NCBI RefSeq assembly: GCF_964204645.1
Contig: NC_134034.1
Location: 992,001-1,056,000, forward strand
Direction: 5' to 3'
DNA from: Tubulanus polymorphus
Taxonomy: Eukaryota > Animalia > Nemertea
DNA: 64,000 bases
Made by a program: the position numbers and the translations under genes. The stretch's first letter is position 1, and every line of letters starts with the position of its first letter. The notes beneath the pieces were generated by a model. It searched no databases. It saw only the letters and a program-made list of their open reading frames with translations, and was not told the origin of the DNA. This document shows positions 50,458 through 62,083 of the stretch, piece after piece.

Positions 50458-53179
50458 GAAAGATTCGTTGAAATAACGCGGTTTTCTGTGATAAATCTTA
50501 AAAACTTCTCTTTTTGATATAAGAATTGCAAGGTGGGGGTACTGGCGATGATCCCAATATTGACGAGTGAGGATCTGCCTGGTGCACTAGTAGTTAAAAC
50601 TAAAAACACAAAAAACTATATGAAAAACTTTAAGAAAAACTTCGCCAATGTCCACATTCATGAATTAGAGTGAACTCTGAACTCAGGATCCAGTTCCACA
50701 GTTCTGAGTTAACTCTGAACTCGGGATCCAGTTCCACAGTTGTGAGTTAGAGTAAACTCTGAACTGAGGATCCAGTTCCACAGTTGTGGGTCAGAGTTAA
50801 CTCTGAACTCAGGATCCAGGTCCACAGTAGTTAGGAGTTAACTCGAGTAACAGGTTTTTTTTTCATTTGGTCAACTCATTGCGTCAAATCTCACAAGAGA
50901 TCATCATCAGATGTGATCACACATGATGATGATATCTGTATATAGTGGGTTTTCGTCTTATTACATGTAAATATTAATCGGATTTTTAGGTGATTTAGTT
51001 TATTTCAAGAAATTGATAGTTTACGTCACGAAGAACGAGTTTATGAACTTGTTTTGTTTTCTAAACTGTTGTCGTTTGTATCACGAGTTTTGGCACCTGG
51101 TTTGAGTTCCTTAGAAAAGAGCAGTGGATCTAAACGAAATTGAATTCTGAATAAAAGAAGTAAAGATTCGTCTGATTTTATGCCGAGATAATAGTAATAG
51201 AAGTAATTTATTCTTTATCTAAGTGTGTACGACACTTGCACGACACTTGCACGACAGATAACAAAATTTCAACAGAATAATCTAATACAAAATTACATAT
51301 TGAAAAAAACAAAAATATCAATTTGACAGAGTGACGGCAATAACGGTAATGATGTCACCGGGCACCGGGATGGTTCCGTACTGTTGGCAGAAAACCCAAT
51401 CAGTGAATCAATGTGTACTTCCGCAACGGAAATTAGAACGATGAACACGATGGCGACGGATTTGGAAACTGCCATAAAATGACCACGATCATATAAGCGT
51501 TGACAAAAACGTATAAGAATTTATTAGCTCCCATACACTAAGGAGTTACTCAGTAACAGCTTTTTCCACAACAACCAAATTTTTCATACACTGGCAGCTG
51601 GCTACCACTGAGGGACACTGGCCATTCGCCAAATAAACCTAACATTCATACATGTACTACACATATTAAATAAACAATTAGGAACCCTCACACCAAGTTT
51701 GACTCTGGATCCAGTTTCGCAGTTGTAAGAGTTTAATTTGACTTTGAACTCAGTTCAACAGTTGTGTGGGTTTAATTTGACCCTGGATCCAGTTACAGTT
51801 GTTGTGTGGGTTTAATTTGACTCTGAACTCAGTTCAACAGTTGTGTGGGTTTAATTTGACCCTGGATCCAGTTTCACAGTTGTTGTGTGGGTTTAATTTG
51901 ACTCTGAACTCAGTTCCACAGTTGTGTGGGTTCAATTCGCTCTGGATCCAGTTCCACAGTTGTGTGGGTTTGATTCGTTTCTGTGTGACTCTGGATCACT
52001 TTTTGCGAGAGCCACTATCATCGAGGAAGCAAAAACAATTACGACATGTTTTTCCAAAAAGGCTACTTAGATACTAGCACATCAAATTAACAGGTTTAAT
52101 ACGTCTATTTTTTTTGTTTGCTGATACGAGCATTTCAGTATACAATTATAATATATTACAAATACTATCGTTACTTGTTGATGAGACATGTCATTTGCGA
52201 TATCTTTATTTCTATTTCGGGATTCATTCATTAGTTAGGTCTTCCTTAATACTTCCTTTCAAAAAAGCGTGGCTGCATTTTATGAAATAAATCAAATTCG
52301 ATTATATGTTTCCATGCCTAAAACAGAGATTATTATCAGATCAGCAAAAAATCAAGGATCATCATATGGAGTGGTATTATCTTTAACCCGGGGACTAACT
52401 CAATTCATTTACAACTGAGTAAACCCCCGAGTTAAAGTTAATACCAGTCTTTAAAACGGGCATAAGATCTGTAGTAATGGAAAAACAAAGAGGATATTGT
52501 GGTACATTAGAAACATGAGTCACTGTTCTCTGATTAAACTTGATAAAGAAGACTTTTTGCGTGTAAAATGACAATTTTGAGGTATTAGGTACTCAGAAAA
52601 TTAAGCGAAATTTAAAGTAAAAAGAAACCGGCCTACTGACATGCAATAAACCTCTCTATTTGGGGGTTATCAAACGGTTAATACGGAAATTCGGTTTGTA
52701 CGATGATTTTCGCTTTTTCCGACTGTACAACGTTCGATCATCCGTCTGGATGAGCTCAGACCACTATTCCAAAATCTTCTATATCCTATAGTAAAAACAA
52801 GAAATTCGAGAGTTTAGTTCATACATAAGCGCGTAAATTCAGGGGAAATCCTGCTTATGACTCATAGGCCAGCATCTTAGCTACGCGCATTGAAGTGGTT
52901 TTCGCCCCACATACCCAAACTAAATTTTGAAATAATCAAACCTTTAGAAAGAAGGGGTATCCCAGTACAGGTATGCGAGTACATCCCATCGAATATCTAA
53001 GGGAATCCCCCACCGTGTTTGGTACATTTACTCCAAGCAAAAAAGTCCTGGAAATCCCTTATTTCATTAATTATCAATCTGTCTCTCAGGATCAATGGAT
53101 TTCATGCACATAACCGAAATTCGTTACCTATCCCATTCGCAGAATTATGGCAACAAGTATGGGGGACCTCTTCTTCACT

Positions 53180-54334
53180 CTAGGTACTATTTTTGTAGTC
53201 CGGCCGTACGCATGTCGCTGTCGGATCTTGAGGAGATGACTTGCACCGGTTCGGTTCCGCATTGATTGAGTCGCCGCTAGATGTCGCCTGCTTACGGCTG
53301 CAGACGAACGCCCCAAGAAACACGCGTCTGAACTCTTCCCCGGTCAGCAAATAGATTACTAAATTCAAAGCATAATTCAACGACCTAACGATATGTAGAT
53401 AGTCCATCGGAACAGACAACCACGGCCGCCATTTTGGATAAATTAAGATCAGAAAAACGGTTATAGCTAAGGGCCCGGTTAGCAACAGGAACGAGATCGA
53501 TAGTGTTAACAACATGGCCGTCGCTTTACGGAGCCTTCGCGATTTGACCGAGCTGCCGCTTTGGACGCGATCCCGCGACCGACGTATGTACACCAAAGTG
53601 ACGACGTTGAACGCTAAAACGATCAGACCCGGACCGTACGAGATCATCGGGTTACCGTAGACCGTACGCACGAAGTGATGACGTTTCGTGTAAAAACAAC
53701 CGTGACGCTGATCGTAGTCGACGAAAACGAAGATGAAAGAACTCGAAGCGAAAATCGATACGAGGAATACTAGCGCCACCACGCGGGCTTTGGTAACAGT
53801 ACAGACGCGAAGTCCGAGAAAAGGGAAACGCACTACGATAAATCGCTCGACGGACACAACGGCAACCATCCACGAACTGTAGATAGCCGCTGAGAAATAT
53901 ACGTACTCGCTGACCTTACAGGCGTATTTAGACTCGATCGATATTAAGATCACGTGGTCGGTAGTGCCCAGAACCGAGTATTGATTGATGAGCGATAGCA
54001 GGCGCGGTAAAAGAGCGACGAAATCAGCGACAGCCAGCGCCCCCAAGTAGACGCTGTGGGCATGTCTGCGCAAACGCGTCGACGTCATAATTATGAGTAT
54101 CACAGGGTTTCCTAGGAAACCTAATAAATTGATGATGGTATAGCAGATTACGATGTACCACCTATCGGCGCGATTTGCAATGCTAAACGGAAATTTTTCG
54201 ATGAGACCGATCCATAACGGCGTCATGAGGTCTTCAACGAGCCCGGCTGCTGTTGTTGTAGTGGACGAGGATATATCAGAAACAGTAGTTTCCGTAGCGT
54301 TGGTGATTGTTGCGTTTACGTGTGTCCGATCCAT
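53180..54334 (-). CDS. Class A (rhodopsin-like) peptide GPCR, FMRFamide/sex-peptide-receptor-like clade, single coding exon
   Basis: Seven hydrophobic segments, GN in TM1, LAVAD in TM2, VERF at the DRY position, NYALNLVIY in TM7, N-terminal N-glycosylation sequons; acceptor 32 nt upstream of the ATG (exon starts 54366). Confidence 0.92.
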   Translation of the reverse strand: MDRTHVNATITNATETTVSDISSSTTTTAAGLVEDLMTPLWIGLIEKFPFSIANRADRWYIVICYTIINLLGFLGNPVILIIMTSTRLRRHAHSVYLGALAVADFVALLPRLLSLINQYSVLGTTDHVILISIESKYACKVSEYVYFSAAIYSSWMVAVVSVERFIVVRFPFLGLRVCTVTKARVVALVFLVSIFASSSFIFVFVDYDQRHGCFYTKRHHFVRTVYGNPMISYGPGLIVLAFNVVTLVYIRRSRDRVQSGSSVKSRRLRKATAMLLTLSISFLLLTGPLAITVFLILIYPKWRPWLSVPMDYLHIVRSLNYALNLVIYLLTGEEFRRVFLGAFVCSRKQATSSGDSINAEPNRCKSSPQDPTATCVRPDYKNST

Positions 54335-55014
54335 GGTTCTTTATAAATAGCGGGGTTTTTTTATACCTGAAAATAGTTTATTTAAATCATTCATTCTGGA
54401 AAAGGTCGGCGACCATGACATCTAGCTGCAGTTCCGGTCGTGACAAACTGTTTCCGCCTTCTGTGTCATGACATTCCTGTAACTGACCCGTGGTATCGTG
54501 AAAATACAATCAATCCCAAACAACCTTTCTAAGAACCGTGGGATTTTTCATTTTAAAGTAGGGATTGACCCTTTATTTAATTGGTTGGTAGATTTCGTTT
54601 GATTTGTATTGATTGTTGTCCCTTGGAAACCCAACACACCTGTCGGGAGTGAAACAGGACGAACCGTGTTATTAAACTCAAACTGATGATATGATTTCAA
54701 CATAATGTCGATAAAAAGCCTTCGAGCTGGGCCCCTCGTCACTGTAAAGCCTTATTTAGATATTCGCTCCTTTTTTCTGCAGTCCTTCCACGTAGAGAAT
54801 ACTCAATTAATAAAACAAATTTTAATTTTTTCCCCGTTCCCTTTCATTTTCAAACGCCTATAATAGAAAATAATTTACCCATTCAAGTTTTTGCTCGCCA
54901 TCATCCTACTTTTTCCTTGAAAACAAAATGCTGTACTCTAGGTAATTCTGAAAGGCCTTTCTAATGAAAATGACGAACAGTTAAGAATGAGTTTAAAATG
55001 CATTGAATACTTAC

Positions 55015-55421
55015 TGACAATCCAAACCTCGAAACTAATGAAAATACGAAACCAATGAAATGTCGTCTTATTGAAACTGGTCCGGTATCAAAGCATGTAT
55101 TACTTATCAATTCTGTTCTGATTCCCAGAAATGTTGTTACGCCACTATCGCGTCCTTCAGAGCGACGAAATTATAAATTCACATACACATTTGTCGGACG
55201 TTATCACAAACAAAGTCCACAACCGCGATTTTAAGTTTTCGTACGTACCCGAGGTGAATATATCCCGGCTCGGATATCCGAATACGGCAAATGCGGGTGA
55301 TATTTTCGGTGCAGTCACCACTGTGGAGACTTACCGCAGAAATGAACGTCAACGATGGACAGTAGAACTCAATACTACTGCACCGCGGCGGCTATTCGTG
55401 ACGTCACTCGACGCTGATTGG
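55015..55421 (-). promoter_or_regulatory. GPCR promoter (CRE and CCAAT) and probable non-coding exon
   Basis: Palindromic GTGACGTCAC at 55398-55407, CCAATCAG at 55421-55414, donor |gtaagt at 55014. Confidence 0.5.
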
Positions 55422-56439
55422 TTAAAATCCCTCTGCTTGTCGTGCAATGCGCACGAGACTACCGTTGAGAATACCTTGATTCTTCAGCCCAAAGTTTAAA
55501 TCTCATCTTTAAAAAAAAGCAATTGATTCAGCCCCAAACCAACCCCATACCGCACTTACCCCCCCCCCCCCCACCCCCACTTGACCATATGGGATGATTG
55601 GCGCTGAGGTAATGGGGGCTTGCAATTGAGGTCTGATTTGAGGCGGGATTTCTATGATATTCTAGCAAAGCTATTTTCGGTCCTATTCGTGAAGAATGGT
55701 CGACGTCGGAATTACGGAACAGAGCGAAGAGACTGAGAGTTAACTAACAGTTCGTAATACCAGAACTGGAAATAATTTATTTTTACACACGAACTATTCA
55801 TATTCATTGAGATACGAGACGCGGTGTGGAGACATGGAAAATGATACGAAAACAAAGGTGACGAGTAGCGACATGACAGAGAGATAAACAACTATTAACG
55901 CATTAAACACAGACAAACCGTCTCAAGAAACAAAGAGCTATTACACGTAAACATATAAACATTAAAGGAATATAGATGAAATATATACGACAATTATCAT
56001 GGACATTTAGTGTTCTTAAAATATCCGATCTTCGGTGGTTCTAGGAATTTCATTCCGCGGATTATAAATGCCTCCCCTTTTCCAGAAGTTACGGATACCT
56101 GTCCTCGTGGGAAGCCGTCCGTACGAGTAAAGCGCGTGGAGCGTTGCCCCGCTGGAACTCTATTGGTCCCATTAGAACACTGTATATTCAATCAGGATAT
56201 AATATAGATACTGTTCAATAACAGTGAACTTGGATCTTCATTTGGCCGCCATGTTTCCCCTAGGTAAATCGGATTTCCATAGCTATTGTTATGTGACTTA
56301 CACAAACCCATCCGCATCTGTCGGGAACGAAACAAGGGGTTTGTTTTTGGAATCGGAAATCGAAGTACAGATTGGATGGTCGATCGTATCACGGACGTAT
56401 TATCTACAGGCGCTGCAGTTGGTCATAAGTTGGTTAGAG

Positions 56440-56470
56440 CAGGGAAGTGTGATGATGTCACACTTCCCTG
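56440..56470. mobile_element. 31-bp TIR-only relic of the 36235 family
   Basis: CAGGGAAGTGTGATGA-TG-TCACACTTCCCTG; exact 7-bp TSD GTTAGAG. Confidence 0.8.
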
Positions 56471-56813
56471 GTTAGAGTTAACCAGCAGCGGCGGATATTT
56501 GACAAAAGTGACAATTAACTGTTCTTTGTTTCTATGGTTTCTATCCGCTGGTTGTCTTTAATCAACTTTTCAGCAACTGACTCTACGGTGTCGGTCCTAA
56601 GTCAAGCACCTTTTCGGAAAAAAATGCTCCGACAAAAAGAAATCATTATTAATTTTTACCAAATCGTCACCGATTGTGCGGTAGATGTATTTGATTGCCA
56701 AATGCCCAATTACGCCCACGGCTTAGCTTCAATTGTTGTTACTGATTTACATCCTTATTAGGCTCGGGGATGTTGAGTTTTGAAAAAGTTGCGTCAATTT
56801 ATGGAACACTCTC

Positions 56814-56940
56814 GGGCCTGTTGCTCAAAAGTTGTTTAGAGTTAACCAGCAGATAGTTGGCAGAGTGACAATTGAAAGTACATTGTTACTATGGTATTTA
56901 TTGGCCAGTTATCTTTAACCATCCTTTGAGCAACAGGCCC
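56814..56940. mobile_element. ~127-bp GGGCCTGTTGCTCAAAAG MITE; relatives at ~29000-29142, ~38848-38943, ~56410-56580
   Basis: 18-bp TIR and shared interior GTGACAATTGAA. Confidence 0.75.
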
Positions 56941-57298
56941 CTGTAGTTTAATCAACACGTCCATGGTCAAATTTACAAAACATTCATGTATTACTCATGA
57001 ACCTATTTTAGGCAACACGCCCGCATCGACACGATTTAAGATGGACCAATTAGTCAGGATAAATTATTGACTTAGGACTGAATAGAATGATATTACACAA
57101 AGTATTTCAAATTTCATACATCCCCGAAGCGGGTAAACGCACTATTAAAATGCGCGCGCGACCCGCTGATAAGCAGCTACAACACGAACGCTATATTTAA
57201 CAGTTCATTGTTATTCGTGTAGCTATTATAGTAGTTCGTTTAAACTGATGCGCGCACTTCCTCCACGTGAGAGCGATAATGACAGGCCTTCGTTATTG

Positions 57299-57329
57299 CA
57301 GGGAAGTGTGATCTCATCACACTTCCCTG
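57299..57329. mobile_element. 31-bp TIR-only relic of the 36235 family
   Basis: CAGGGAAGTGTGAT + CTCATCACACTTCCCTG; exact 7-bp TSD GTTATTG. Confidence 0.8.
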
Positions 57330-57482
57330 GTTATTGGCAGGTATGTGACTGGTGAGTTGGTTCGCGTGGGACAAACCGAATAACTTGATAGAAATCAAGT
57401 CGGTGTAGTAAATAACAGGGAAAAACATCCCTTGATTTCGAGATGAGTACGAACATTGGAATGAACGAATTTGGTGTCAAAC

Positions 57483-57821
57483 CATCCTCCCCCGACAGGG
57501 ATTCGAACCTGATGGCATCGAGATTGCCACGGCACGAAACCCTGCCATAATCGACCGTGTGCGCAGATACATGCGCAGTTCAGATGATGTGATTTTTAGC
57601 CAATCAGAAATCCCGTTTTATTTTAGCCCGGGTTTTCCCATTTATAGTTCATCCTTGAAATTTGCCTCAACGATTATACAACGAGCGATCTGATTGGTGC
57701 CGCAAGTTTTCGTTCGTAAAGCTGCGCATGTACCTGCGCACCCGGTCTACTGATGCAGGGGTTCGTGCCGTGGCTGAGTGTAGCGATGCCATCAGGTTCG
57801 AGTCCCTGCAGAGGGAGGATG
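57483..57821. mobile_element. 339-bp MITE with ~100-bp imperfect TIRs, copy 1 (MULE-like)
   Basis: CATCCTCCC...GGGAGGATG; flanks gtgtcaaac/gagtcaaac (8 of 9 match). Confidence 0.75.
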
Positions 57822-58237
57822 GAGTCAAACTAAACCGTTTGTAAACAGTCGAAGAAATCCCACAATTCGAATTTTATACGATATGATTTATCAAAACGAA
57901 ACCGCAACGTTTCTGCTGTTGACTAACAGCCATCATCAGGTGAAATGTGACCCGTAACAGAAGTAGCATATCATATGAACTTACAGGACGTAAACAAATG
58001 CTATATGCGTCATAATTAGAATTAACAGAACAAGCGACCATTTAAACCGAGTATGATAAGTCTTCCTTACTCGGTATATGTTATGCCAATCTCAGTCGCA
58101 GGGATTCGCATCCGATGACATCGTCGCAGGCTGTTGATTGTATCAGAATTATAAATGGTACCTACAAGTCACAATCTCCTGGATTTGAATCTGAGAGTAT
58201 CATCGTGCCTGTGTTTCTATACTTGATTATTGGGTGT

Positions 58238-58296
58238 AGAGGGGATAGCGCGTACGCAGTCCCCCACTACCAGAAATTGTACACCCGAGTCTCCCA
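58238..58296 (-). pseudogene. 3' fragment of a second U1 snRNA gene (half of SL3, Sm site, SL4)
   Basis: 58/59 identical to 60101-60159, with a different downstream flank. Confidence 0.93.
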
Positions 58297-58947
58297 GTCT
58301 AACTGCTAACCAACGTGAAAGTGTCATAAAAGCATGGAATAAGTTGGATCCACATGATGGGAACATCCAACGGTTTGATAGCCTATACACTTCACGCTGG
58401 GGAAATACGTTGTTTGGTAGAACGAAGGGAGACCCCGAGGACGCATCAGTGGTGCAGAAATTAAAATTCGGGAAAAGATTTGCACCTGCACACCTCGTTG
58501 ACTCGCGAAAAAATCGTCTGATGTACTGTATTATCAAACAGCTGTGGCTTCGTCGTCAAGAGAGAACTGCTCGGATTTCCCCACAAAAACGGATCATAAC
58601 AAATGTTTACCAAAGGCTGCAGCAGCGAATTACGGTAGATGACCCAGTTCTGAGCAAATTAGCAATTCTTTTATTGAAAATAAATACAAAACCCGTCTCC
58701 GAGTTCATTCGACGACAGGAAGCACTAGCAGGTAAGAATATAACTGACCAAGGTTTATCAGTACTGAAACGGTATGAAATTGTTACCAGCGCTGAACAAC
58801 CACCAAGTAATGAATTACCGGAAAAACGACCACCAAATAACAGACCCCAAACCGAATACACAGATGCAGTCAACATGTCTGGCACACGACGGGGACTCAA
58901 AGTTCGTCGGGATTACTTAGTTGAGCCACCATCGAGCAATGAAAACA
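58297..58947 (+). mobile_element. Transposase fragment, probably the C-terminal region of a Dada-type element
   Basis: LT..QR..V..AWN....HD...QRFD.LY...WGNTL..RTK, QR.Q.RI.V.DPVL.K..I.L.KINTK.V..FIRRQE; resembles, from memory, proteins of snRNA/tRNA-targeting Dada transposons; abuts the U1 fragment; no search run. Confidence 0.6.
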
Positions 58948-59286
58948 CATCCTCCCCCGGCAGGGATTCGAACCTGATGGCATCGAGATTGCCACGGCAC
59001 GAAACCCTGCCATAATCGACCGTGTGCGCAGATACATGCGCAGTTCAGATGATGTGATTTTTAGCCAATCAGAAATCCCGTTTTATTTTAGCCCGGGTTT
59101 TCCCATTTATAGTTCTTCCTTGAAATTTGCCTCAACGATTATACAACGAGCAATCTGATTGGTGCCGCCAGTTTTCGTTCGGAAAGCTGCGCATGTACCT
59201 GCGCACCCGGTCTACTGATGCAGGGGTTCGTGCCGTGGCTGAGTGTAGCGATGCCATCAGGTTCGAGTCCCTGCAGAGGGAGGATG
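58948..59286. mobile_element. 339-bp MITE, copy 2, truncating the transposase fragment
   Basis: About 5 substitutions relative to copy 1; no matching TSD. Confidence 0.75.
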
Positions 59287-60100
59287 GTTATACACCCAAC
59301 GTTCATTCCAATATATCCTATAATCCTTCATCAACTTTCATCACAATATCTGAACTGCTGTAATTTCCATTTTTTTTGCCTCAGATATTGCCATATGTAT
59401 TGAAAGCCTAAAATTTTAAATGATGAGCTGTAGTAATTAGAGAGAGATCGACTATGTCTAAAGAAAAGATTTCAAATACGTATATTTAATTTTAGTTGAC
59501 GGCTGATATTTATTGAGAACTAAGAGCTGAGGATTTTTACACCAACATCTACCCGAGGAAAGGCTACAATAAACATTCGGACTATTTACACGTGGAAAAC
59601 GACCAAAAAAATGTTAAAAATTGACAAAATGATCTTCAACCTTGTAATATAGTTATTTCCTAAATCTTGATGTATTAAATTAGGCAGCCAACTAAATTAA
59701 CCCCAATCAGTCGCTTGCCGGTTCAGACTGCTTGGATGATTGTTTGAATGAACCGGAACCGAAAATTTCAAATTATGTACTTCGATTTAAACAAAAAATT
59801 CTGTAAACTCGAAAAAAAAAAGCAGTGAAAATGAAGATGATTTGATATGGCAGTCGTTTTCATATCCTAAATATTGGATATGATAGTCCTACATCATTGG
59901 GTTTTGTTTTTGCTTGGGGTTAGTTTCATTTGGATTCTGAAGGGTTAGTTTCCTGTTGTTTTGGGTGTGTGCTGCAAGAAAAGGGACATTGTAATGGTTG
60001 AACAGTTAAATAATCTTCTGCTTTCCGTCTCGGGGAAGAACATCTGGACAGTAATTAAGAGGTTTGTTTGAATTAACCGTTCCATTTTTCGTTTGTTCAT

Positions 60101-60264
60101 AGAGGGGATAGCGCGAACGCAGTCCCCCACTACCAGAAATTGTACACCCGAGTCTCCCACATTTGGGGAGATCGTATGGGTCAACCAGTCTTTGTGCAAT
60201 GACAGGCCTCGCCATAGAGGCACCGCCTTCCAGATCACGGTGGACCTCTGTGCCAGGTAAGTAT
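60101..60264 (-). ncRNA. RNU1: U1 spliceosomal snRNA gene, apparently intact
   Basis: ATACTTACCTG 5' end, SL1 loop GATCTGGAAG, SL2 loop ATTGCAC, SL3 CCCCAAATGTGGGAG, Sm site AATTTCTGG, SL4 GGGGACTGCGTTCGCGCTATCCCC; 164 nt. Confidence 0.97.
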
Positions 60265-60831
60265 GCTTACGTAATGTCCGCCATTTTATATATACGACTG
60301 ACCCGGATATTATCTGACCGGTGTTTAAATTATATCATAAATATATCAATATTAACATTGATCTGACTATTTTCCTTATAGTATACACTTGGCAAATTTA
60401 AAAAGTATTTTTAAGTGTTTGATCAGAAATATCGAATCGATGTTTTCATTGTACAGCGATACCCGGTATTTAGATAGAAAGAATACACAGTTGCTGATTA
60501 TCAATATTGACGCTACGTGGCGCCACTGACTAGTCAAAAGTCGCAAGTATCCGGCTCGAACCTGATGCGAAAAAGATTTACCAATAGACCATTTCACACC
60601 AATAAGCTTTTTTCTGCCCGCCTAGACAGCAGCTTGACAGGTGTAAAGTTACCCGAGTTAGCATTAGCCTAAATACCTAACCCATAAACCTCCGTCGTAT
60701 CTAAGTTAATTGTGGGGCAACTTTTCATACCTGGGTATATCAAACAGCCCTATGTGGCTCAGTGGGATATGTATATGTTGTCGCATTCACGGTCTGTACC
60801 GCCGAGTGACTAGCGGGTCCCTGCAGTCTTA

Positions 60832-61181
60832 AGCCTAGCACACATCGACACTGCGATTGGAGACAACTAGTTGCTACCGAACGATTACCCCGCGCACATC
60901 GAAATCTAGTTACAACCGGTCAGTTGCAGCAACTGCATGGCGCGTGTCGATCGTCGAGATCCAGAGCGCGCACATCGACGGATATGACTGCGATTGAGTA
61001 CAACAAGTTGCTCAAAAGTAGAACATGGGCAACTGGCTGGAACTGGAGATAGATCGACGCTTACCAATCGTAAGCTCGCTCACATTCGAGCAACTGATCG
61101 TATCCAGCCAGTTCCTCTCATGCGCCGAAAACTGCCTTGCAACTAGTTGTCTCCAATCGCACTGTCGATGTGCGCTAGGCT
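60832..61181. mobile_element. Same Harbinger-type MITE, copy 2 (350 bp, opposite orientation)
   Basis: Near-identical to 17427-17784 apart from an 8-bp indel; TTA TSD. Confidence 0.88.
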
Positions 61182-62083
61182 TTAAATTGCTGCTGGCTGC
61201 TTACAGTGTGGGGCCATGTTCCCATCGTTAGGTCAAAAAGACAATCCAATATCGATTAGTCTTGTGGGAAACCAAGAACCGAATAACATAAGAGAAAAAC
61301 GCTTTTATTTAAAATCGATATTTACTGTAATTATTTCCAGTATTTGCATAAATTCTACATCTTTTCCGTCAGATGATATTTTATACAATTAGAAACGTCT
61401 TTAATAAATACAACGCACAGTACATATACAAACATACTCATATTTTACAAGAAATGTCAAACTTTTTACAATAATGTGGCTTTTTGGTATGAAAAAGAAA
61501 TCCCTCCTTATAATACCATATACAGTAATTTGATGATGTCATAAAGACGATCTACGTAAGCAGCCATCTTTTCTAGGTTGTGAATAACAAGACGATTTGA
61601 TGATGTCATAGGGAGATCATCTTTTCTGGGTTTTATTTTGACGGTTGGTGAAAAACAAGATGATTTGATGATGTCATAGGGGGATTTATTGAGGAGTCAT
61701 CTTTTCGAGGTTTTATTTCAGACGGTTGGTGAAAAACAAGATGATTTGATGATGTCATAGGGGGATTTATTGAGGAAGTCATCTTTTCAAGGTTTCATTT
61801 CAGACTGTTGGTGAATAACAAGATGATTTGATGATGTCATAGGGGGATTTTTGGAGTCGACTTTCATTTCGAGGAAGGTCTAGAGAAACTTTTCGAGCGG
61901 TCGATTTGATGATGTCATAGGGGGATCTATGGAGACGGCCATGCTTGAGAGGATGACTAGAAAATTTAAATATCGATGAGATAAGGCAACACTTATTACA
62001 AAATACAAATATGAAACGGAGTGAAGAAAAAAGTAGAAAGTGTGCACGGCGCGAAATGAGCCAACTAATACCGCCTGCTTAGA

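Noticed and set aside
55997-56403. Small minus-strand gene (64-66 aa ORFs with plausible splice sites)
   Set aside because: Candidate exons join into a stop and no domain is recognisable.
57278-57290. Third U1 fragment (AATGACAGGCCT)
   Set aside because: A 12-nt match only, too short to separate from chance.
57755-57821. tRNA gene
   Set aside because: A B-box-like motif is present but I could not build a cloverleaf; it is part of a MITE arm.
57483-59286. LTR retrotransposon or TRIM (direct repeats flanking an ORF)
   Set aside because: Each repeat is itself a TIR element, copy 1 has its own TSD, and there are no TG...CA ends, PBS, PPT or gag/pol similarity.
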